From: Octopus sinensis
Taxonomy: Eukaryota
Direction of reading: 5' to 3'
DNA length: 64,000 nt
NCBI RefSeq assembly: GCF_006345805.1
Contig: NC_043002.1
Span: 100,130,001 to 100,194,000, forward strand
The notes below the pieces were generated by a model. It was not told the DNA's origin, made no database searches, and saw only the letters and a list, made by a program, of their open reading frames with translations. Below are positions 41,333 to 54,040 of this stretch, piece after piece. Each line of letters opens with the position of its first letter. The stretch's first letter is position 1. Position numbers and translations under genes: made by a program.

Positions 41333-41852
41333 ATATATATATAAATTGTGGTAGATTTATGGAAATAAGTCCCATAAAACCCATCATTTTAGTTTAAAAT
41401 GGAGGAGACAAGTTGTTGAAGTATATAAGAGAATTTTAATTCATGAAGATGATCGTTTTGTACAGAAATATGAAAATAATGCAAATTCATGATTGAATTG
41501 AATTACATTAAATTAATGAAATTAACTTAATTACATACATCCTTCAGTGCAGGAAGTAAAGACAGAATTTCAATTAACTTGAGAAATATTATAGCAGGAT
41601 TGGATCTAAGAGATTCATATTTTTACCCTTATGAGGAAGAGATGTGAGTCAAGTTGGATATTAACTATAACTCAGTTATAGTTAATAAAATTGATGAATT
41701 TTATGGGACTTAAATATTACTTCCATATCTTCGCAAATTTACGCCCGTAAACTACCAGCAAAATATGAAGAATCAAGATTAGAAATCTTTTTTGGAAACC
41801 TCGAACTTAAAGGACGAATCTACTTTCAACCTTTTTACTCCTATATATATAT

Positions 41853-42101
41853 ATCACTTGATCACTTGACTTTGACCGACCAGTCCGTCAGGCGTTCATT
41901 TGACACCGCTGGTCACAGCACGCTGTCCACTCCTTTCTGGATCGCGCCTTTCTCATCCACGTGATTCCAATCGTCCTCTTGAAATCGTCACTCCACTGTC
42001 GTGGAGGTCTTCCGGGTGGTCTTTGCCGCTCACGCGGGTACCACTCGACATCTGCGTGCGTCCACCGATTATCGGTGAGCCGGGCGACGTGTCCAGCCCA
42101 T
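41853..42101 (-). mobile_element. 3' end of an RTE-clade LINE
   Basis: RWAGHVARLTDNRWT..EWYPRERQRPPGRPPRQWSDD is the typical RTE C-terminus; (TCAAGTGA)n tail; TA runs on both sides. Confidence 0.9.
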
Positions 42102-43464
42102 CTATATATATTCAACAATTTCTTTATTTAATTCCTGTAAATTTACTGTATTTCTTTTAATGAGTCATTTGGTGACTGAGCTATTTTGATGATAAAAGCA
42201 AAGTCAGTATTTATGCTTTATGCGCTCGTTTGACAAGAAGCAACGGTGATATATTCCATCCATCTGGTGTTTGTTATTACCTTAATTTGTTGCTTAAATA
42301 TATCTCCCACTCCATGTATTCACACGTTTTGTTCGATAATTTTATCACGTTATTCAATAAACGAATTATTGATAGTTGAAATTTGTTGAAAAAAATGTTT
42401 CACGCAAAAGAAGTGTAAATTTGGTAAGTTATCGTTTACTGTTAATTGGACTGATCATAACTGTATCTTGATAATTACCTTCAATGCTAACAGTGGCAAA
42501 CTATCGACAAGAGAGAATATTTGGGCTTTATTTCTTTGGTACATATTGAATGTTTCAGCAGAGATTTATTATAGAAGTCAAGATTCAACAAATGTAACAC
42601 TTCATTCAATATGTCATATATATACACACACTCACACACACACACATATCGTTTCACGCCACCGTGTTCATCGATTCTGAAGACAAACACTCAGTTTCAA
42701 TTTTAATTAAAAAAGCACTATATCCTCTATACCAATTGAACACTACGCATTCGTCCAAATTATATATATGTTTGGGGGTGTTTGTGTGTGGTGGGTGTCT
42801 CTGTGTGTGTGTGTATGTGTGTATGTGTGTGTGCATTTGAAGGAACAAAGAGATGACACCGAAAAAAGAAAGCTTATGTAATGAATTTTATTACTTTACA
42901 GCTGTTTCTGGTATATATTGTGATAGACTCTTAGCTGAGAAATTTAAGTATAGGTGTATTCCCATTTCTCCACCTCTCCACATTTCATCATTCCATCTTT
43001 GAAGTTCTTTTCATTAAGAACTGAAATGTAATATTTTCTCTACCCTGATGACGGAGTCCCGTCTCATACAATGTTGATTGTATCCATCACGTACACGTGT
43101 TGAAATGAATTACATCTACTAGCATTATTATGGATCTCAGGTCCCGCAGAAAGAGAAGAGCTGTTAGACTTATAATACCTTTCTTTCAACTCTTTTAATT
43201 TTCTTTGTCGTTTGTACTCTGTGCAAGTTGGAGCTATTGATATAAATATCTATATATTTATACATATAAATTCCTCATCTGAATGTGTCCACCTTTTGCT
43301 TTCTCACAAGTTGCGAGATTGTGCCTAATTTGTTTATTTGGATAACTGCTTCTATATCCCCTCACCGTGATCTCTCTTACGGCAGTTCTCTACGGAATCG
43401 ATTGGAATCTCAATTTAAATATTTTGAGCACTATTTTCTTCTTTACTGCGAATCTTTGGATCTC

Positions 43465-43510
43465 ATCTGTGGACTATACATTACAAACATACATACACAC
43501 ACACACACAC

Positions 43511-43576
<66 letters not shown>

Positions 43577-43624
43577 GTATGTATGTGTGTGTGTATGTAT
43601 GTTTGTAATGTATAGTCCACAGAT
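43465..43624. repeat. Fold-back centred on a (CA)(TA)(TG) microsatellite
   Basis: ATCTGTGGACTATACATTACAAACATACATACACAC ... GTGTGTATGTATGTTTGTAATGTATAGTCCACAGAT. Confidence 0.9.
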
Positions 43625-43904
43625 AAAGTGCAACAACCCTGAAACATGTCTGCAGATGTCTGACTAGCAAGGTGAAGCGGCTGATCTCCCCTGTTCGAAG
43701 GTTGTAATGGACGCAGGTTCGTGTGTCATAGAGCTAGCTAGAGGCGGTGGCCTCTTGGAGCTTTTCAGCGACAGCTTTAGTCTTATATTTATAGACTGCC
43801 ATATTAGTATGGCGATAACTATTAATATATATAATATGTATGTATGTATATCTATGTATATATATATATATATATAGTGTATGTGTATGTATGTGTTTGT
43901 CAAG

Positions 43905-44185
43905 GGGTATGCTCAGTGATTAGAGCTTAGGGTTCACAATCATGAGGTGATGGGTTCGATTCCCGGACCAGTTTGTTTGTTGTATTCTTGAGCAACACAC
44001 TCTATTTCACGTTACTCTATTTCGCTAAGCTGTTGGAATGCGGTGCAACTTCAGTGGTGCCCGGCGAAATCGGCCTTTGTCCTTCCTTCGGATAATATCA
44101 GTGACGTGAAGAGGAGCATCTGGCATACATGAGCGACTGCTGGTCTACCATAAAAAACCTTTCGCAGACGCGAATTTTTTTTTCA
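43905..44185 (+). mobile_element. Diverged tRNA-derived SINE ('B'-related head)
   Basis: GCTCAGTGATTAGAGC..GGGTTCGATTCCCGGACC..CTTGAGCAACACACTCTATTTCACGTT. Confidence 0.75.
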
Positions 44186-46090
44186 AGAGAGTTCCAGACC
44201 ACAGTAATGAACTCATTTGCACACAGCGGATCAGAAATCGCCTTGAAAATCCACATACTCTGTACAGCTACAGTACAGCCAGTCAGCCATAGAATGGGGT
44301 ATGTCAGCGTGTGAGTACAGCATAGTAGGTTTCACATAAACAGCACATTCCCCCCTTCCACCATGCTTATAGATCAATTTAGCACCTTCTCTATATAGAG
44401 CTAAAATTAGGTACCTATGCTCAGACAGATTAGCGATACTGCATTTACCTATTGATATATCCAAGGAGGGCGCAATACGACACAATGCCATATTGATTCC
44501 GATGTTTCTAGATCAATGGGTACATGCAGAGTATTTTTGTGACCAAGTGGACACTAGTTTAATAGTTGAGCTCTGATTGGCTGTTTACAAATAAGTTCAT
44601 AACTGAGGTCCTGAACTCTCGTAGGAAAAAAAAATTTCACTGCCCGGACTTGTCCCTCGAAGGGTAAATTTTTAGGCACAATCACACGGTCATTCATGAT
44701 CGAAGGGAGTTTATATATATATATATATATTCAGAATTTCAATAATTGTGTTGCTGAACTGTATTCAGCTGTCAAGTGTAATTATATCAAATCAATTATG
44801 TGTGATTATAAGCTCTCTTTGCTGCTTGCGGATAAATGTGCATGCATATAGGCGTTCTCGTAGTCACGAAATTTTTAGTTTTATACGAATATATTTAGTT
44901 CAAGAGAGAAAACACGCATTAAACAACTATAGTCTGACGGACAGTAATTAACTTTTCAAATTGTATATTAGATTCAGTGTTATATTGTGGGAATCAGCAA
45001 GATTGAATTATTGATATATGTAAGTAAAATGAAAGCAATTGAAATACACCTAAATGCAAGCAGTATTTTCTCTCCTGATCATTCGTAATTAATCATTGAT
45101 TGTTATTTCAATAATATCAAGTCTTGGTATAGTCAAAATGATGCAATAGACTTGTCTTTATTCCTTCCGTTGTCTTAAGCAAGTGTTGGACATGAAATAT
45201 AGGACGTTGTTAAAATAGTGATTATTGCTTTTGTTCCGTTACCATAATCAGGAAATTCAGTTTTCTACAATGCTATTAATAATGTAAGGATTTGAAATTC
45301 ATTTTCTGAAATATCCCGAAATATATTACAATATGCAATTATCCATTACATTCTAATCACCAACAATATAACATGTAATACAGATGTAAACTTCGATTAG
45401 ACTAAAGTCTGGAATATTCACGCGATCTTCGGCAGTCTCAACTCCCAGGACGATCACCAGACGTGTATCCCTTAAATGATTACATATCGAGCAAAGATGC
45501 CAAGACCTATAATCATTTTTGGTCATATAGTTAATTTGAAATATAAGAAGATGTTCATCTAACGTTAGAAGGGCTGAATATGCACTAATTCTTTAGCCAG
45601 AGAAAGCCATCACAATCGTACATAGAATCACAATACTTCTGTAACATCTAGGTTGCTAGATCCTTTCTTTTTGTGAAATTAGTAAATTTTGTTGAACTTT
45701 GATCATATTGCTCATTTTAAAAACATCTAGACATCAATCTTTGATGAATAATACAAGAGAAGTACAACCTTAAGTTGTAAAATTTTTTTGTTTTGCTTCC
45801 GATCATAGGTATTTTTCAAAACATTTGTGAATGGGATTTCCAGTTTTATTGGGGGCAAAATTTCGTCGGTTGCCAAAGATTTCTTCACTTCCATCTTACA
45901 ATATCCATAGGATAGGTAAATGTAATCTAGAAAAAACACTTTAAAGCAGTTCACTCTATTTATTCAAACCAATAAAGAAATATATTTGCTGAAAATCATT
46001 ATTGTATATGATTTTAAAATTGACTTATTTTTAATTCAGTTTCTATGTTTAGACATGCATATGTATTCTTTTTTTTTTTTGTTTTTGCAG

Positions 46091-46180
46091 CACGAAGAAG
46101 CCAAGAAAGCCGAAAAACCGTTGCCAGCAGAGCAACAGATAGCTTTAAAACTTAAACTGCATCAACCAACAAAGCAGGAA
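46091..46180 (+). CDS. Internal coding exon (phase 0/0) of a BAIAP3/Munc13-4-like gene: HEEAKKAEKPLPAEQQIALKLKLHQPTKQE
   Basis: Strong acceptor (long T tract, then GTTTTTGCAG) and GAA|GTAAGT donor. The 90 nt are open and splice in frame to the 48482 exon. Confidence 0.8.
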
Positions 46181-46404
46181 GTAAGTTGACACCTTGTTCA
46201 AGACATAATAGTAATTAATCACGATTTTCAGATATTATAAGTCATAATGTCATATTTTTATTACTCAAACAGGCGCTTATATAAAATAATATGCCATTCA
46301 GAACAAGGATTCGATGGTATCGCCTAACTACATCCTCACAATTTTGCCAGCCTTGTGCCTAAACCAAGCAGAGTTATTATCATTATTGATTTAATAAAAC
46401 AATG

Positions 46405-46612
46405 AACTGTTAGAATCATTAACAAGTTCGACAGAATGTTGAGTGGCAATTCTTCTGGTTCTTTACCTTCTGAGTTCAAGTTGCACTGAGGTCAATTTTG
46501 TCTTTCTTCGTTTCAAGGTTGAGAAAAAATAAAGTACCAGTCAAATGTTGGGGTTTAATATAATCATCTATCACCACCCAGAAATTGCCAGCCTTGTTCA
46601 AAAATTTGAAAA
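46405..46612 (+). mobile_element. Diverged SINE family 'C'
   Basis: TTCTGAGTTCAAGTTGCACTGAGGTCAATTTTG..AATAAAGTACCAG. Confidence 0.65.
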
Positions 46613-46646
<34 letters not shown>

Positions 46647-47203
46647 GAGTGAGTGAGCAGTGCATGCCCTCAAAGTGACACTGGAGTAAACTATACGAAG
46701 GCCAGTATATCCATTATGACTGCCCGTCTGATAAGGGTACACCAGGTACATGCATCACAACCATATGTGCGCGACATTGTGATCTCATATCAAGATAAAC
46801 AGCGCATGACCTTGCAGGTGGGGCCCAGTTAGAATTTTCTTCTGCTCGAGTAGCCCATCCGGCTCAAAAGGTCCCTGAATAAGGATTGTTTGAGGATGTT
46901 GAGCGAACCACCCTTGTTTCCAAAGGTGAATTATCTAAACCGCTAAGAATTCCTCTCAACACATGGCTATGATGCTCCCCCACTACTTCAGCTCGTGATC
47001 AGGGATGCACATATCGTCAGCCACTAAGGGACATGGTCGCCTAGTTAAGATCAAACAACTGACAAGCAAATCTGTGGTATTGAGCAGAATATTTGCTGTG
47101 GCCCATCTTTTATACCAAGACAAAACAATGTACATGATAACACTTCCAATCAGTTAAGATCAAAAGCCATGAGAGCCACTGTCTGGTACTTCATCAGGGC
47201 ATT
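46647..47203 (-). mobile_element. About 557-bp non-coding element bounded by (TAA)n, copy 1 (LINE 3' UTR- or SINE-like)
   Basis: Direct repeat of 47276-47834 with trinucleotide tracts at both ends. The strand is inferred from the (AAT)n tail. Confidence 0.75.
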
Positions 47204-47212
47204 CTTCTTCTT

Positions 47213-47243
<31 letters not shown>

Positions 47244-47275
47244 TTATTATTATTATTATTATCATCATCATCATT

Positions 47276-47834
47276 GAGTGAAAGAGCAGCGCATGCCATC
47301 AAAGTGACACTAGGGTACAAATATACGAAACCCAATATACTCATCATGGCTATCCATCTGATAAGGGTACACCAAGCACATGCATCATAAACATATGTGC
47401 GAGACATGGTTACCTCATATCAAGATAAACAGCACATAACCTTGCAGCTGGGGCCCAGTTAGAATCTTCCTCAGATCAGGTGGTACATCCGAATTTAAAG
47501 TTCCCTGAATATGGTTTGTTTTAAGGATGAGGAACAAAAAGCCCATGTTTCCAGAGGTTAATTATTCAAACCCCAAAGAATTCCTCTCAACACAGGGCCA
47601 TGATGCTCTCCCACTACTTCTGCTCGGGATCAGAGAAGGATATATAGTCAGCTACTAAGGGACATGCTTAACAAGTTAATATCAAACAATTGACAAACAA
47701 ATCTGTGGTACCGCGCCGAATATTTTCTGCAGCCCATCTTTTATACCAAGACAAAAACAATGTACATTTTAATACTGTCAATCAGTTAAGATCAAAATCA
47801 ATGAGAACCACTGTCTGGTACTGCTTGAGGGAAT
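47276..47834 (-). mobile_element. About 559-bp non-coding element, copy 2
   Basis: Co-linear with copy 1 over its full length, with many substitutions. Confidence 0.75.
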
Positions 47835-47856
47835 CATCATCATTATTATTATTATG

Positions 47857-47904
<48 letters not shown>

Positions 47905-47906
<2 letters not shown>

Positions 47907-48128
47907 GGTTTGGCGCAGATTCGGTCTTATTCCTTGTAAGTATGGTGTGGATACCGGGTTTCTCCCTGTAACCTTAGGTATCCACAGCAAGTTTTCAGCA
48001 GTCTTTCAAGTGCTTAGAACCCTCCTGATAATCTTTGCTCTCTAAGAGAGGCAAACGGTCTGTAGGAGCTCTACCGGGCATTCTATTTCAATCTCCTCCA
48101 GCCATTTGTCCATATCTTGGCTTACAGT
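47905..48128 (-). mobile_element. RLE LINE 3'-end fragment between (TAA)n tracts
   Basis: The minus strand gives ..KIIRRVLST* followed by a UTR and (AAT)n, the same terminus type as at 3287 and 3781. Confidence 0.5.
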
Positions 48129-48346
48129 TTATTATTATTATTATCATCATTATTATTATATTATTATTATTATTATTATCATTATCATCATTATTTTTTA
48201 TTTTTCTTCCTTCAAATTTGCTTCCATTTCTTGCCGAGTGTCTTCCCGACTCCTAGGGCAAAGAAACTCATAGTAGTTGGTAGGCCATTAAACTAAACTC
48301 AATAGTTCGTTCATTTTTTTTTAAGTTAAATTAAAATACACGGGTA

Positions 48347-48396
<50 letters not shown>

Positions 48397-48481
48397 TATT
48401 ATTGTTGTTGTTGTTGTTGTTGTTGTTGTTTTTGATGTTATTATTATTGTTATTAGTGTCATTGATGGCTTTCTTTTTCAG

Positions 48482-48649
48482 TATGAGCTTCTTTACATTG
48501 AAGTTCTCTATACCATTAAACATAAGATCGGGACAACCATTGGTGGACACCTACCATACATGCAAGATCTCTACCAATATGCACAAGATGCATTTGGTAT
48601 GCCTCCCGAAGACCACGCTAAACTACTTGCCAAAGCTACGGAAGAAAAG
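48482..48649 (+). CDS. BAIAP3: Coding exon of a BAIAP3/Munc13-4 (UNC13D)-like protein, pre-C2A helical segment: YELLYIEVLYTIKHKIGTTIGGHLPYMQDLYQYAQDAFGMPPEDHAKLLAKATEEK
   Basis: TTTCTTTTTCAG acceptor, AAG|GTATGT donor, 168 nt, phase 0. It matches from memory the LYxxxLYT..G....L..Y.Q..F....EEH pattern before C2A in BAIAP3/UNC13D. It is not in the ORF track. Which of the two vertebrate paralogs it corresponds to is unresolved. Confidence 0.85.
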
Positions 48650-51457
48650 GTATGTGTTCATCATTAGCTACATTATATTTAATTATCCATCTTTTCCATT
48701 TTGTCTGCCGGGGCCATGAGAATGTTTCTTACTAAAGATATATAAACAGGAATGAGTGTATAACTTTGGAATAAATTTAGTTGTTATCATCGTCACCCTA
48801 CAACTATGAAATATCAGCTGTTTTGCATGAACGGTTAAATGAATGAGAAATTAGTATAACGGCAAATGAAATTACCTTTGGGTTTGTATTTTCCTGATAA
48901 CTCTAATAACAGTTACCAGATTTTATTTCTCTTGGCGATATCTTACGACGTCATTGAAATTAATCGATGCTTTATGCCCTTTCATATTTTTATACGTGTT
49001 CCTACTTACATTCTTCAGAACAAATATAGTTTGTGATATTTTTCCTAGGCTGACATCTCTATCTTTTATGTATTCCTGAAACTGTTATGCATCAGCGTTT
49101 CAATCTCAACATTGATTACACTATGCCTACTCCATCAAATACAATTTCGTACAGGATGTGCGGTTCTCCGAATAATCTTTCTCCATCTTAGACTTTAAAT
49201 CGCTTCTTAGAAAGCTTTTCATGATTAGTAATGAAATCGAGTTTTGCAATATTTTCAGTGGATACTAAAATATTAGTGAAATTTTCTCTCAGCAACTTTT
49301 AAACGAATTCACCCTTTCATAGCAAAAACTTTGCTTCACTTAAATATCTTTTTCTTTGCAATATTCATGTGTCAGTCATGAATTTTACACTTTCCGACAA
49401 AAAAATAAATAAATAATAAAAGAAGCTCGCGTCTTCCAGATTGTCAAAAGCGCTTATCTAGTCACGACACTGCAACTATTATAGTCCAAATTTTAATATC
49501 TCCTCGAAAATTACGCTCATATGACAGTCACTTAATAAAATCATGTAGATATATACCAGAAAATTTGCACTACTATACTTATCTGAAACATCTAGCAATG
49601 ATGGAATCTCTATATACTCATTCGTCTTACTAGACTTAGCAGCCAAAGCTTTCGTAGATTACAACCTACTATCTTCAGAAAAATACATATCAATAATGAA
49701 GACACGAGTACACAACGTTTGATAAAGACTGGGTTGTAACTGTTGCAGTTATTTGATCACAGGTTTGGTCGATCATACTGGCATGGACCTAAACACGAAA
49801 AAAAATCAATATTTAAGATAAAAGTGAATAAGCTCTGCAGACTAAGATGTTAATGATTTGAATATGCGAATGGTTTAATTCCCAAACACCATTGTAAGAA
49901 ATTTAACCAAATAAAATATTTGTAAAAGCACAAGTGCAGTCGAAATTCTCGTATTTCACACAACATGTTATGAAACAAACCTCTGTGAAGGTCTCACTAT
50001 ATGTGTTGAAAGAAGAAAACTTGAGTCATATATTCGGTTTATATTTGACATGCTGAGTACTGATGCTCACTGTGTAAATAGAGTTGAAGAATTGCACTGA
50101 CGAAAGTTACAACTTCACAACATGTCACTGTCCTACACTATTTTACAGAAACATATAACTAATCACTAACATAAAAAAGTTGTATATTGATACATTAGAA
50201 AAGAACAAATCAGCAAGGAGTACCGGAGGTCTAGGAGCCGTACATGATAGTAGAGAAGACGCCAATTTTTCCGAAGACATGTCTCAAAAAATCACCCTGT
50301 GACCTTATATGCAAATTTGGGTCACCTATATTCTTTAATGCGCTAAAACAAGTTGCCTTAATATGCACTACTAAAATTGGGCTGCATCTAATATTCCTGT
50401 GCGCTTTTTATGCCATCAAATAAACTATAAGTATAGGGTCTAGTTACCTTGCATTTCCTTGACCATTTTCTTTCGCATGCAATACTTACAATAAACATAT
50501 CTGATTGAGGGATGTATTACTTCCTCGCCAATTATTCAACACATATCTTAAACTAATCTAAGTATACTAAAAATATGTCAATGAGTACTTAGGGCTACTT
50601 TTGATTTGCTGAAAACCAAATTTGACTACAAATGAATTTTGCAAGCATATTTTACGATCTACTGATTAAAAGGTTCTCATGTAGCCAAACACACTAAAGC
50701 GATTCTCTCGTGAATGAAAGAAAGCAATGGGAAATATTAAAATCGTGGTGAAAAACAAAACATTGCACCCTTCTGTGAGTGTCTTTAGGTCTATATGTAC
50801 ACATACACGCACACACACATTATTGATGCCATAAGAAATTTATAACTTCAGAGTAAGTGTGGGATAGTTTTTGCGTGAGGGGAGAAAATTTGTCTCAAAA
50901 TACACATAAAAAACTATAAATAACAGCTAGGAAATGATGGACTGAAAACAAAGTCCCTTTTAGATAGGAAAGTTCCACGGGCAGACTCCGGATATCTTTC
51001 TCCGAAAGGTTCATATCATATAGCTTTGAGAACTTTGAGAAGCAATTTCAAAAATGAATTATATATCTGTGTGTGTGTGTGTCACAAATTAAATAAACGA
51101 TAAGGTTGCAAAATAATAATGTAAGGAAATTCATTAGCTTGTAGTAACAATAAGTTACAATGCTCTGATAATTAAAAGTTTGTTTATTACAATATATGTT
51201 CGCTTCGGAGCTTTGGTGATGCACAAGAACATAGATACAAACGAATAAAGTTTGTTGTGTAACATTTTGTTCCGTTGTCATTTATTTAATTTCCTATTTC
51301 ACTGTGAACTCGAATGACACCTTTTCCTGAAGAACGTGTATATCACTACACCACACCACCTCACGATACACGACCATACCACACATCATATCACACACTA
51401 CGCACACACTAACACTGACCACTTGCCAGCCCCACACCATCATCCACACATCTACAC

Positions 51458-51557
51458 NNNNNNNNNNNNNNNNNNNNNNNNNNNNNNNNNNNNNNNNNNN
51501 NNNNNNNNNNNNNNNNNNNNNNNNNNNNNNNNNNNNNNNNNNNNNNNNNNNNNNNNN
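51458..51557. other. Assembly gap (100 N)
   Basis: Run of N. Confidence 1.
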
Positions 51558-53315
51558 GTGTCCTCAGTGTCTGTATTGCCTGTGAGACTTTTGTATCATC
51601 TGCATAACTTGTGATCGTGGCTCTCTGCGTGGCTGAGGGCATGTCTGAGAGGGCCATTATGAACAGTAGTGGTCCCAGAACAGTGCCCTGCGGAACACCG
51701 CTCACTATTTGCGTGTTAGTGAAAGTGGCCCCATTGGCCACTACCACCTGACTTCTATCTTTCAGAAAGTCATGAAGCCATTCTCCCAGTTTTCCAACTA
51801 TGTTGAGATCACGCAGTTTGTGACATATCATTCCATGATCGACTTTATCAAAGGCCTTTGCAAAGTCGAGATATATGACTTCCACATTTGAGTGGTTGAG
51901 CAGCCGTTTCAGCACCCAGTCATAGTGTTGTAGGAGCTGAGTTAAACAGCTTCTCCCTGGTCGGAAACCATGTTGGGTGTCGGGCAGCAAGTCATTTTCT
52001 TCAAGGAAGGTGATCAGCTTCCTTCTGACTATTCGTTCCATGACCTTGCTGATGTGTGAGGTCAGAGAGATAGGTCTATAGTTCTTGGCTTCCGCTCTGC
52101 TACCTCCTTTATGAATGGGGCATATTTACCTTCCTTCAGTTTTCTTGGAAGTTTGCCAGCTGCAAGGAAGCTCTGAAAGAGGAACTGCAGTGGTCTTGCT
52201 AGGACTCTCTTACATGCTTTTAGGAGGATTGCGGGAATCCATCGGGGCCAGTAGCTGAGTCTGTTTTCATTTCATCTATAGCCTTGATTACATCGTCATC
52301 CTTTATATCGATGTAATCTATCGTCGCCGCCTCTGATTTTATATCTGCAGTGGTAAAAAAGTCAGTTGGATTGGTGATTTGGAGATGCCCAAGGGGTGGA
52401 GTGAAAACACTCTTGAATTGCTCATTCAGTATTTCACTTACCCTCATTGGTTTTCCTGTAAGTGTGCCATCCTTTTCGAGGAGTGGCCCTATTCTACAGT
52501 GCATGGGAGAGTTTCATGGGAGAGTTTCAGACATTTTTCGATTTCCAACAGTTTTATTTTTAGGCGGGACTTTTCACTGCTTTCAATCTGTTTGTTTAGG
52601 CGATTTGAAAATTTTGTACGCCGTCTCATTAGAATTTTCCTCTCTCTGGGGATTTTGTTCTTGTGTACAGTGGCCTTTCTCTCTGGGACATATTTGTAGC
52701 ATATGGCTTGCATTACAGACATGAATTGTTGAAGTTTCACGTCGATGTCTGGCGAGGAGAGACATTTAGGCCAGTTTTGTTTGAGGATCTCTTTCTCAAT
52801 TTGTTTCCAGTTTGCCTTATGGTAGTTCAAGCTGGAAAGATTCTGGGATTTTTGTAGGCTGCATGTCCGTGCTCTCTTTTGGCCCGTACATGGTCAGCTC
52901 TATCATGTTGTGATCCGAGAGTAGTGTCGGTGTCACTTTCACATTATGGATGAGATCCATGTCATTTGTGAAGCAGAGATCCAGTGTGTTACCTGCCCTG
53001 GTTGGTTGGAGTATTACCTGCTCCATGTACAGGGTGTTGATGAGGTTCAGGAGGGACCTCGCCTGTCCTCGTTCACATCTTGTCATTCCTGGGAGAGAAA
53101 GGCCCTCGGGCCAGCTGACATTTGGCAGATTGAAGTTTCCCATAAGAAGTACACTTATGTGTTGTTCTAATGTGGTTAGAACTTCTTCTATTTTTATAAG
53201 GCAGTCTTCAAACTTGCTCACATGGCTTGGGGCATCTGGAGGGCGGTATGTAGCACACACAACTACATCAAGTTGCCTAATATGTACAATTAGTGTGTCA
53301 CACACCGAGTTTGAG
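51558..53315 (-). mobile_element. CR1-group LINE ORF2 fragment (part of the APE endonuclease through RT), frameshifted, running into the gap
   Basis: APE motifs [19 protein letters not shown] and SDH; ATGPDG; RT motifs QHGFRPGRSC, YLDFAKAFDKVDH, SGVPQGTVLGPLLF and YADD. Confidence 0.95.
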
Positions 53316-53321
53316 TATGAC

Positions 53322-53331
53322 AGTATATATG

Positions 53332-53384
<53 letters not shown>

Positions 53385-53893
53385 GTATATATGTATATAT
53401 ATATATATATGTATGTGTATATATGTATATATATATATATATATATGTGTATATATGTATATATATATATATGTATGTGTATATATGTATATATATATAT
53501 ATGTATGTGTATATATGTATATATATATATATGTATGTGTATATATGTATATATATATATATGTATGTGTATATATGTATATATATATATATAATGTATA
53601 TGTATATATATGTATATATATATATATGTATATGTATATATGTATATATGTATTATATATATGTATATGTATATATATGTATGTATATATATTATATGTA
53701 TATATGTATGTATATATATATATATATGTATATGTATATATATGTATATGTATATATATATATATGTATATGTATGTACATGTATATATATGTATATATG
53801 TATATATATATATATATGTATATATGTATATATATAATATATGTATATATGTATATATATATATATGTATATATGTATATATATATGTATATA

Positions 53894-53924
<31 letters not shown>

Positions 53925-53936
53925 TATATATATATG

Positions 53937-53975
<39 letters not shown>

Positions 53976-54040
53976 CAGTTACTTACCTATATATATATAT
54001 ATACATGTATATATTTTTATAATAAATATATACATATCTG
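53322..54040. repeat. (TA)n/(TATATG)n compound array with 30-bp higher-order units
   Basis: Consecutive 60-nt lines are identical at 53461-53580. Confidence 0.95.

Noticed and set aside
40860-44770. Inverted ~37-bp repeats (40875-40912 and 44725-44762) as TIRs of a 4-kb transposon
   Set aside because: The conserved ends face inward at TA tracts and the bodies point outward, which fits two independent insertions of one small repeat.
45400-45478. Coding-looking stretch SGIFTRSSAVSTPRTITRRVSLK
   Set aside because: It ends in a stop and has no convincing splice sites.
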